DNA of 64,000 bases, from positions 24,449-88,448 of the forward strand of contig DBTK01000094.1 in the NCBI GenBank assembly GCA_002307015.1, written 5' to 3'. The notes under the pieces were generated by a model that ran no database searches, had not been told where the DNA came from, and saw only the letters and a program-made list of their open reading frames with translations. Every line of letters begins with the position of its first letter. Positions within the stretch are counted from its first letter, which is position 1. The position numbers and the translations under genes are program-made. The stretch is from Spirochaetaceae bacterium UBA1318 (GTDB lineage: Bacteria; Spirochaetota; Spirochaetia; Treponematales; UBA1318). Positions 27,722 to 36,100 of the stretch are shown here, one piece after another.

Positions 27722-29809
27722 GTGAAAAGGGGTCTTTTTTTTCGAGCCGCAATGGCCGCCGCCTGCCTCGCCCTTCTGCCGAATGTCGGTTTTTCCGATA
27801 CGTTTTCCCGGCTCGAAGATGGCTATGACTTTTTTTCCCGACTTCATCCGCGGGAGGAGGGCCTTCCCGGCGAGACCGCCGCGATCGACGCGATCGTTTC
27901 CTTCCTGAAAGCGGAGGGCGTGCCCTTCGTTATCCAGGATTTCCACGAGCCGGTTTCCGGGTACTCCTTTTCGAGCAGCATCGTTGCGACGATAGCCGGA
28001 GCTGTCGGTTCTTCCGCGATGGCCGGTTCCTCGGTCGAGGGGTCCGGCGAGCTGGTCATAGCCGTCCCCCTCGATGCCGAGCCGGACGCCCCGGCGGGAT
28101 CGGACGGTTCCTACGGACTGGCCCTCGCCCTGAGGCTTGTCGCCCGGTACGCGGGCACCCGCCCGCCCCAGACCCTCGTGTTCGCCTTCCTCGGCGCCGA
28201 ACGCCCCTACGCCACCGGAGAACACAGGGGGGATTACCCGATGGGATCGAGGAATTTCATCGCGGGGCTTTCGACCCCTCCCGGAGCCGTTATTTACCTC
28301 GACCTCGACTCCCCCCCGGCGACCCTCGCCGTCAGGAACGGTGGCGCAGGACTGGTAACGCCCTTCTGGCTCTACCAGTCGACGGTCGCCGCGGCGCGGA
28401 CGGCCGGCCTCCCCTTCAGCGGAAGGCCGGACGACGGTCCCCTCTACCGGCTCAGGCTGAACGGAGACCCGACGGCGATCGAGCCCTACCTCGAAGCCCG
28501 CATTCCCGCGATCACCATCGCCTGCGGAACGGTGGGCGCCGCCACGGAGGCCTCGGTCGGAAACTGGGGGAAATTCCTCGACGGGATCCTCTTTTCGGTC
28601 GGGAAAGGCTTCCCCGCCACCTGGGATTCCCACTACATCACCCTTCCCTTTCCCGGAAGCCAGCTTCTCCTCGGCGAGGGCTTTTCAGTCAAGCTCATCC
28701 TCGCCATCATCCTGGCCGTCGTTTTCTATCTCATCGTCTACTCCCTCGTCTCGAGGGTCCGCATGAAACGTAGGGCCGAGGCCTTTCTCCTTCGCGGGGG
28801 ATGGGAACTGCCCCTCCTCGCCGTCGTCCTTTTCGCCGTTCTCGTCGCGTCGACCTTCGGCATCGGGTTGCTCAGGTCGGCCAAGGGCCCTGGGTTCAGG
28901 TGGCAGGACCGGTATGCCGATTTCCTCTACCTGAAGACCCTCGTATCCTTCCTCTTTTTCGTGATCGCGTTCGACCTGCTCAAGAAACTCCCGCTATCGC
29001 GGAACACCGATTTCTATTCGATCGCGGCGACCGTGGTCTACGGGATCGACGTCGTCTTCTTTTCCTTCGTCGACATTTCCTTCTCGTTTTATTTCATCTG
29101 GGCCTTCCTCTTCTCGGTGCTTTTCGGAAAAACCTACAACCGCATCCTCGCCCCGCTGATCTTCATCGCTTCCCAGGCCTTCTTCATCTATCCGAGCCTG
29201 AGTCAGCTGAGGGAGCCCGAGTTCTCCCTCGTCGGGGGCATCCTCTTTTCGACGTGGAAGGGGAACCTCGTGCTCGCCATGCTTCTCCTTCCCACGATGC
29301 TCATGGTCATCCGGATCGACTACCTCTTCTTTCATCCGGTGAAACGAAGGAAGAGGATTACGATGATGAGCCTCAAGATCATCATCGCGGTGATCTCGGC
29401 CGTTCTCGTCCTGTCCATCGCGGGGGTTCCCGCCCGCGTTCTCCCGGCGCCAGCCGCGAAAGCGACGCCCGGAAGCATGGAACTTTCGGTGTCGAGCGAT
29501 CGGTTCCTCAAGCGGAAGTCCCTCCATTTCACGATCATCGCCCCGCGGCGGCCCCGGTCGATGAGCTTCAGCCTCGTATCGACGGGAAGCACCGTCGTCT
29601 ACGATTCCTCCTTTCCCTGGGAACTGAGGGAATCCGGCGGCGGGGATCGCATCGACCTCGCGATCGGGGTCAATCCGCCCACCCCCCTTTCCATTGACAT
29701 CACGGTCCCCGCCGGGTTCACCGGAACGGCCAAGGCCGTGGCGAGCTTCCCTCCCCTGGGCGGGGCGAGAACGGGGACGACCCTCGATCAAGTCATTCCC
29801 ATCGAGTAG
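27722..29809 (+). CDS. polytopic membrane protein with N-terminal M28-peptidase-like (apparently degenerate) domain
   Basis: GTG start and signal-like N-terminus. LVFAFLGAERPY sits where M28 enzymes carry ...GAEE..., so the domain may be inactive. Followed by about 8-9 TM helices and a C-terminal beta-rich domain. Confidence 0.65.
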   Translation: MKRGLFFRAAMAAACLALLPNVGFSDTFSRLEDGYDFFSRLHPREEGLPGETAAIDAIVSFLKAEGVPFVIQDFHEPVSGYSFSSSIVATIAGAVGSSAMAGSSVEGSGELVIAVPLDAEPDAPAGSDGSYGLALALRLVARYAGTRPPQTLVFAFLGAERPYATGEHRGDYPMGSRNFIAGLSTPPGAVIYLDLDSPPATLAVRNGGAGLVTPFWLYQSTVAAARTAGLPFSGRPDDGPLYRLRLNGDPTAIEPYLEARIPAITIACGTVGAATEASVGNWGKFLDGILFSVGKGFPATWDSHYITLPFPGSQLLLGEGFSVKLILAIILAVVFYLIVYSLVSRVRMKRRAEAFLLRGGWELPLLAVVLFAVLVASTFGIGLLRSAKGPGFRWQDRYADFLYLKTLVSFLFFVIAFDLLKKLPLSRNTDFYSIAATVVYGIDVVFFSFVDISFSFYFIWAFLFSVLFGKTYNRILAPLIFIASQAFFIYPSLSQLREPEFSLVGGILFSTWKGNLVLAMLLLPTMLMVIRIDYLFFHPVKRRKRITMMSLKIIIAVISAVLVLSIAGVPARVLPAPAAKATPGSMELSVSSDRFLKRKSLHFTIIAPRRPRSMSFSLVSTGSTVVYDSSFPWELRESGGGDRIDLAIGVNPPTPLSIDITVPAGFTGTAKAVASFPPLGGARTGTTLDQVIPIE

Positions 29810-29813
29810 GCCC

Positions 29814-31004
29814 ATGGAAAGGACGATCTTCCATATCGACATCGACGCCTTCTTCGCCTCGGTCGAACAGCGGGATCATCCCGAATACCTCGGGAAACCC
29901 GTCATCGTGGGGGCGAGACCGGGGCATCGGGGGGTCGTGTCGACCTGCTCCTACGAGGCCCGCAAATTCGGCGTCCATTCGGCCATGCCGATATCCCGGG
30001 CGGTCCAGCTCTGTCCCGGCGCGGTCTTCCTGCCGGTCCGCTTCGACCGCTACCGCGAGGCGTCGCGGATTATCATGGGCATCTTCGCCGACTACACCCC
30101 CGACGTGAGGCAGATTTCCATCGACGAGGCCTTCCTCGACATGACGGGCACGACGAGGCTTTTCGGGCCGGCGGAGGGTTGCGCGAGGTCGATCAAGAAA
30201 CGGGTCAACGACGAGACGGGCCTCACCATCTCGGTCGGGGTCGCACCCAACCGCTACGTGGCGAAGCTCGCCTCGGAACACTCGAAACCGAACGGGCTCC
30301 TCGTCGTCCCGGAGGGCGGCGAGGAGGACTTCATCGCCCTCATTCCGCTCAGGAAGCTCTGGGGCATCGGCGACAAGAGCTACGCCAGGCTCGAGGAGCT
30401 CGGCATCGATTCGATCCAGCGGGCCAGGTCCTACAGCGAGACAATCCTCCGCTCCCTCCTCGGGGATTCGTTCGGCTCCTTCCTCTACGGCGCCATCAGG
30501 GGGCGGGATCCCGGCATCTTCCAGGACGAGGCGAAGAGCCGCTCGGTCTCCACCGAGACGACCTTCGAGCGGGATGTCGTTGATACAGAGATCCTGAGCG
30601 AAACCCTCCTCCAGATGGCAGCCCAGCTCGCGGCCACCCTCTACGAGGAGGAAATCAGGAGCCGCACCGTCTGCCTGAAGCTCCGGTACGACGACTTCAC
30701 CACCGTCTCCTGCCGGGAAACCAGCGAACGCTTCCTTTCCACGACGGACGAGATTTACGGCGAGGCCGTGAGGCTCCTGGAACGGAAGCGCGAAAAGGGA
30801 AGGCCGGTCAGGCTCATCGGGGTCGGGCTTTCGTCGGTCGAGAGCTCGAGAAATTCGGGCACCCAGACCGAGCTTTTCGACGAGGACAGGGAGAGAAAGC
30901 GGAAGGTGGAAAAGGCCGTACTCGGCATGAAGCAAAAATTGGGAAAGGTCGACATCACCCGGGCGAGGCTCCTGAAGCCCCCTCAGGATGGCCCCGGGGA
31001 CTGA
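29814..31004 (+). CDS. dinB: DNA polymerase IV
   Basis: ORF 29694..31004. ATG 29814 gives MERTIFHIDIDAFFASVEQRDHPEYLGKPVIVG, the canonical Y-family N-terminus. Starts 5 nt after the upstream stop. Confidence 0.93.
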   Translation: MERTIFHIDIDAFFASVEQRDHPEYLGKPVIVGARPGHRGVVSTCSYEARKFGVHSAMPISRAVQLCPGAVFLPVRFDRYREASRIIMGIFADYTPDVRQISIDEAFLDMTGTTRLFGPAEGCARSIKKRVNDETGLTISVGVAPNRYVAKLASEHSKPNGLLVVPEGGEEDFIALIPLRKLWGIGDKSYARLEELGIDSIQRARSYSETILRSLLGDSFGSFLYGAIRGRDPGIFQDEAKSRSVSTETTFERDVVDTEILSETLLQMAAQLAATLYEEEIRSRTVCLKLRYDDFTTVSCRETSERFLSTTDEIYGEAVRLLERKREKGRPVRLIGVGLSSVESSRNSGTQTELFDEDRERKRKVEKAVLGMKQKLGKVDITRARLLKPPQDGPGD

Positions 31005-31005
31005 A

Positions 31006-31040
31006 GGGGACCCCGAAAAGCCGGGGGTTTTCGGGTCCCC
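31006..31040. terminator. hairpin between convergent dinB and lipoprotein genes
   Basis: GGGGACCC(C)GAAAA pairs with TTTTCGGGTCCCC (13 bp with one bulge). The inner CCCCG/CGGGG stem followed by GTTTT could terminate the + strand transcript. Confidence 0.5.
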
Positions 31041-31051
31041 CGAAACCGCCC

Positions 31052-32233
31052 TCAGTTCCGGTCGAGGGCGTCGAGGACCGGCTTCCGCTCCGCCTCGAGC
31101 CGGGAGACGACCTGGGCGACGGCCTTTCGGCAGGCGTCGGAAACGGCCTTGTCTCCCAAAGCCCCCTGGCCCCGCACGTTCTGCACCTGGATGGTGTAGA
31201 GAATGGACCCGTCGGCTTTCAGGAGACGGAGGGTCGAGCTCGCCTTCGCGGCCCAAAGCTCGTAGGTCTTGCCGTCGAGGGTCACCTGTTCGGGAGCCGC
31301 GCAGTCGGTCAGGATCAGGGCGAAGCGGGAGGCGGTCCTGCCCGCGGCCAGGTTCCGGAGCGATGCCCCATCCCCCCCGAAAGCCCCGAGAAACGAGGCC
31401 TCGTCTCCGGCTGAGCCTGCGGAACCGGTTGAACCGGCGGGAACGGCCTCGAGCGAGAGCGAGGCCAGGGCGGAAACGACGGGATCCACGAGGGCGGATC
31501 CGGCGCCCGCCTTGCCGTCGAGGCGCTGGAGGGCGGCGAGGATGACGGTCTCGGGCCGGTCGACGAAGGAAAAATCCCGATACACCGAATCGAGGGCGTA
31601 GGCGAAGGAACCGTCCCTGATGACGACGGAGGCGCGGATCGTCTGGTCTGAATCGGGATCGGCGAAGGAGGCCACCGTCGCGTTCGCCTTCCCATACGGG
31701 TCGGTCGAAACCACCGGGGTGAGTCTCCCCTTCCCCTTCACGAACGAGAAGCTGACGGGCATGTCGGGAACGGCCGCCTTGCCGTAGCCGAGGTTCACGC
31801 TCAGCAACACCGCGGGCCCCGGGGCGCCCGAACCGGCCAATCCCCTCGTGGAACGAGAGACCTGATTTCCGCCCGAGTCCAGCCACGAGGGATCGGGCTC
31901 GATCGTCATGGCGGCCTCGAGGGCTTCGAGGGCCGACTTCGCCCCGTCCCGTAAGGAAACCGCACGAGAGTCGGGATTTTTCGACGCGTCGTAGAGCCTG
32001 AGCACGGCAACGTAGCGCCTCGCGCCCTCGGCGACGTGGTTTCCCTCGAAAGCCGCCTTCGCGTCCTCGAGGGCCCGCCTCATCTGGGCGAGCTCGTCAT
32101 CCGAGGGGTTCGCGGCGGTTCCGCCGGCTTTCATGGCGCGGCCCCCGGCCGGGGCAGCCGCCTTCGGAGTACCGGCGCAGGATGCGAGGAAAAGAATACC
32201 GACGAGGACGAGACCGGCAATTTTCTGGAACAT
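31052..32233 (-). CDS. hypothetical lipoprotein
   Basis: MFQKIAGLVLVGILFLASC lipobox. No recognisable catalytic motif. Third gene of the DUF503 operon. Confidence 0.7.
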   Translation of the reverse strand: MFQKIAGLVLVGILFLASCAGTPKAAAPAGGRAMKAGGTAANPSDDELAQMRRALEDAKAAFEGNHVAEGARRYVAVLRLYDASKNPDSRAVSLRDGAKSALEALEAAMTIEPDPSWLDSGGNQVSRSTRGLAGSGAPGPAVLLSVNLGYGKAAVPDMPVSFSFVKGKGRLTPVVSTDPYGKANATVASFADPDSDQTIRASVVIRDGSFAYALDSVYRDFSFVDRPETVILAALQRLDGKAGAGSALVDPVVSALASLSLEAVPAGSTGSAGSAGDEASFLGAFGGDGASLRNLAAGRTASRFALILTDCAAPEQVTLDGKTYELWAAKASSTLRLLKADGSILYTIQVQNVRGQGALGDKAVSDACRKAVAQVVSRLEAERKPVLDALDRN

Positions 32234-32248
32234 CTCCGACTCCTTTGG

Positions 32249-32875
32249 TCAATATCTGATCGTCAACTCGACGGGCTGGACGGCGTTCACGAGATCCAGG
32301 GTCGGGACGGAGTAGGTTACGGTGCGCTTCGCCGCATCGAGGCTCCCCGCGCGGATCGACTTGACGGGGGAGGGAAAACGGATGGAAAGGTTGACCGCAT
32401 AGTTCCTGAAGAGGGCCGTGGCGGTATCCCTCATCTGGGCATCCGGGACGCTCTTGCCGTTCGAGAGGACGAGATGGAGGACCGTATCGGCCTCGGAGGA
32501 CTGGATCTCGAGGGTTCGCCCTCCCCCGGTGACGAAAGAGGAGAGGGCGGCCGTATCCGCGAACGAGAGGGACGCGGTGATGACGAGGTCGGTCTCGGTA
32601 CGTTTCTCCTCGTAGGAGGCCAGGGTGAGACCGGCCGTCGTGGCCGCGGCCTCGAAATCCGCGCGGTCGGTCGGAAACGGCAGGTATTTCGCCGTCGGGT
32701 CCATGGCGCCGAGGGACTCGAGCTCCCGGGGAACGGTGTAGACCAGGGAGAGGGTGCCCGAGCCGTCGGAGGCGATATCGGCGTTCGCGGTGAGGGAAAG
32801 GCAGGACGAGAGGGACAGGAGGACGGCGGCGAGGGCGAGGGCCGACGCGACGTTGAGTGCGAAGCGGGGCTTCAA
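32249..32875 (-). CDS. hypothetical lipoprotein
   Basis: TTG start overlapping the DUF503 stop (TTGA). Lipobox AAVLLSLSSC. Confidence 0.7.
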   Translation of the reverse strand: MKPRFALNVASALALAAVLLSLSSCLSLTANADIASDGSGTLSLVYTVPRELESLGAMDPTAKYLPFPTDRADFEAAATTAGLTLASYEEKRTETDLVITASLSFADTAALSSFVTGGGRTLEIQSSEADTVLHLVLSNGKSVPDAQMRDTATALFRNYAVNLSIRFPSPVKSIRAGSLDAAKRTVTYSVPTLDLVNAVQPVELTIRY

Positions 32876-33159
32876 AAAACCTCCGAATAGATCTGCACGT
32901 CGTGGATTCGAACCGGCTCCTGATCCTCCACGAGCATCAGGGCCTTCTGCATCACCTTCTCCCCGAACTCCTTCGAATTGGAGACGAGGGCCCCGCCGAT
33001 CTGGGCGAAGGCGAGGGAATCCTGAAGGTCCACCTCGGCCACGGACATTCGGAACTTGATCCTCAGCTTGTCCCTGATCGAGCGTACAACCCGCCTTTTG
33101 TCCTTGATGGTTCCGGACTCGGGGAGTTCTATCAGTATCTGAATCATCGATACGACCAT
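32872..33159 (-). CDS. DUF503 (YlxP-like) family protein
   Basis: 95 aa. MVVSMIQILIELPESGTIKDKRRVVRSIRDKLRIKFRMSVAEVDLQD... is typical of DUF503. Confidence 0.85.
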   Translation of the reverse strand: MVVSMIQILIELPESGTIKDKRRVVRSIRDKLRIKFRMSVAEVDLQDSLAFAQIGGALVSNSKEFGEKVMQKALMLVEDQEPVRIHDVQIYSEVF

Positions 33160-33162
33160 GGC

Positions 33163-33191
33163 TTGCCGTTCCGTTCTCTTGCCGTCATAAT
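33163..33191 (+). promoter_or_regulatory. sigma70-like promoter abutting the start of the giant secreted protein gene
   Basis: TTGCCG-17 nt-CATAAT, then ACCGAA (6 nt, no SD) before TTG 33198 / GTG 33201. Confidence 0.35.
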
Positions 33192-33197
33192 ACCGAA

Positions 33198-36100
33198 TTG
33201 GTGGAAAAGAAAAAAGCCGTAAAAGCGGCGCTTTCGCTGCTTTTACTTTGCTCCCTCATCCAAGTAGCCTCGGCCCAGAATGTTCAGTCAGAAATGATGG
33301 GGATGGTCGCCGCGACGACGGATTCGGGAACGGCTTCTGCGGGCCAGAATCCGGCCGCGTCGGCCTTCCATCCCTTCCATTCCGCCCTGATCCCGAAGGA
33401 TCAGGAAGCCCCCCCTTCCATATTCCAGACGAGCGTCGCCTCGAGCGACGTCGAACTCTTCCTGCAGGGTTCGTGGGAAGCGACCCTCTCGGGATCCTTC
33501 GGCTTCGGCTTCAAGCCCGGGATGGGGGCCTATCCCCTTTCGAGCGGATCGCCCTTCCTTTTTTCCCAGGTCCCGGACCTGACCCTCTCGCTCTGGCTCA
33601 TGAAACGCTACTTTTTCGAGGCGAGTTTCCTGGATGGCTACCAGCTCAACACCTTCCTGCTCGGCTACGAGGGCAAGGGGAACGAGCCCCTCCAGTACGT
33701 CCATGCCGGCAACACGAGCATCGATTTCCCCGACTACGACCACGTTCCCATCGCGGCCTCCCCGGCCGAATCCCCGGGTGTCCTCGTCGGGATGCAGTCG
33801 CCCATCTCCCAGCATCAGCTCCTCGTCCGCTACGACGGGGTGAAGCCCACGACCAAGCGCTTCGTCGGCAAGAACGAGGACGAACTCACGGAGATCGAAC
33901 CCGGTTCCTACCTCGCGGGGAGGTTCTTCCTTCTGCCCGACGCCGACATCGACTCTGGCTCCCTCGTCCTCTACGAGGAGAGCAGTTCGGGAACCTACCT
34001 GGGGCAGGACTCGCGGAAGTACCGGAAGCTCACTATTTCGGGGACGACGGTCGAGGCCGACGTATCCTACCGCACCGGCGAGATCGCCCTGAAAACCGCG
34101 GCCGCCGGGCGGGTCCTCGCCTACTACACGAAAAACGGAAAGGAGGTCGGGTCCTCAGGGCTCGGAGCCGGGGCCCTCTCCGCCGTCGACTCGTCGGGTG
34201 GCCTCGATCCCGACGGCACGGCAGTCGATTTCTCCTTTTCCTCCTCAACCTACCTCGGCCGTCTCCTCTCGAGCTACGAGGTGGGGATCGGGACCCAGGG
34301 CTGCGTGATCCTGAGCGATCCCGGACGATTCTCGCCCTTCGAGGAGAAGAACCGCTACACGGCGCCGACCGGCATGACGAATTATTCCTACCACCTTTCG
34401 GTCGTCGACCTCGGCGCTGGCAGCGCGAAAATCACTTCCATCGGCGTCCAGGCCCTGAAGGCGAGCCTCAACGATTCCTCATCCTCGAGCGGGATAGCCT
34501 CCTCGGTCGGGACAAGCACGACGACGGCCACCTCGACGACCGAGACCTTCATCCTCGCGGCGGCCAAGTCGGCCAACGGAGACATCAGGGACCCGCGGTT
34601 CCGCTATCCCTTCGCGGCCAAGAATCCCCGGCTCTACCTCCCCGCCTCGGGCGGAACCGAGGCCTTCGAGAGTCGCAAGATCCTCGCCGACGTCCTCAAG
34701 CCGGTGACCGCCTTCTACCTCGACAGCGACACCGTCGCGGGGACGATCAACGTGACCTGGAACGGCGAGACGGAAAAGAACTTCACCTACGACAAGAACA
34801 CCCACGCCCTCAACTTCCTCCGCTCCGTCGGGTCCTCCGACGTGATCGTCGTCTCCTACCTCACGATCGATTCGGCGAGGACGGCCGGGAACATCGCCGC
34901 GGCCCTGGGCAACCGGTTCCAGATTTCGCCCGACACCTCGGCTTTCCTGGCCCTGGCGACCCGTTGGAACCTCGGAAGCTCGACCTACACGAAGTACGAC
35001 GACGAGAGTCCCGGGGCCCTCACCCTGGCGGGAGGTGTGAACTGGGCGCCACCGGGCTACTCGGTCAAGACCACGGCCTACGGAACCTACGGGAACCCCG
35101 ACACGACGGGGAAGCGCCGGCTCCTGGGCATGGAGGACAACGGCGTGGAGCTGAGCCTTTCGATACCGGGGCCGCGCTCGACCGCCGACACCACCGACGT
35201 CCCTCGCGAGGCGACGGCCATCCTCGACGACCAGGGGAAGTCCCTCACGACCGATACGCGGGGAACCCTGATCTACAAGGACTTCAGGTCCTACGACACC
35301 CTCGGGAACGCCACCCTCATGAGCCTGGGATGGTCGATACCCTCGAGCCAGGTCTACGATCCCTCGGTGCGCCGGGGCCCCTACACCGCCCTCGACAACG
35401 AGACCGACTCGAGCAAGAAGCTCTCGGGGGAGCTTATGGTGATGGACTACCAGGTCGCGGCCTCGGAGAAATGGGTCTCGGCCGTCAGGCCCCTCTCCAC
35501 GGCCGAAGCGGCGACCCTCGCCGACACCCAGTCGATCGGGGTTTTCTTCAAGCTCGAGGACTCGACGGGGGCCTCGAAGGGGGACCTCGAACTCCACCTC
35601 CAGGCCGGGCGCCTCAACTACCCGAACATCGCCTCCTCCTTTACCGAGGACAGCGACACGATCCTGGACATCCCGCTCTTCACCGACTTTTCGTCCTCGT
35701 CCAGCGCCGAGAACGCCTGGCAGATCAACACGACCCCGCTTTCGAGCGCCGACCGCCAGAAGCTCGGCTCGGCGACGGCCCTGAGGTTCGTCCTCCTCCG
35801 CAAGGCGGGGTCCGTCGACGCCGCGGGAAAGATCCTCTTCAGCCCCGTTACGGTCAACTCGACCTCGTTCGGCCTCGCCTCGGCCCCCGCAGGCGCCTCC
35901 ATCACCTCGAGGGAGATGAGCGAGAGCGAGATCGCCCTCTCGGGCGGCGCGGTACCGGTCGGGGGCTTCCTCCCGACCAAATTCCCGGACGTGTCGAAGG
36001 TGTTCCATCCCGACGGTTCGTCGAACAAGGTCCTCGAAACGACCTGGGACCTGCCCTTCGCCGGAAAGGTCTCGATGAGCCGCCTCATCACCTCGAGCAA

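Noticed and set aside
29793-31886. 697-aa minus-strand ORF
   Set aside because: It is antisense to dinB and out of frame with the lipoprotein gene. R/G/P-rich and low complexity, with no recognisable domain.
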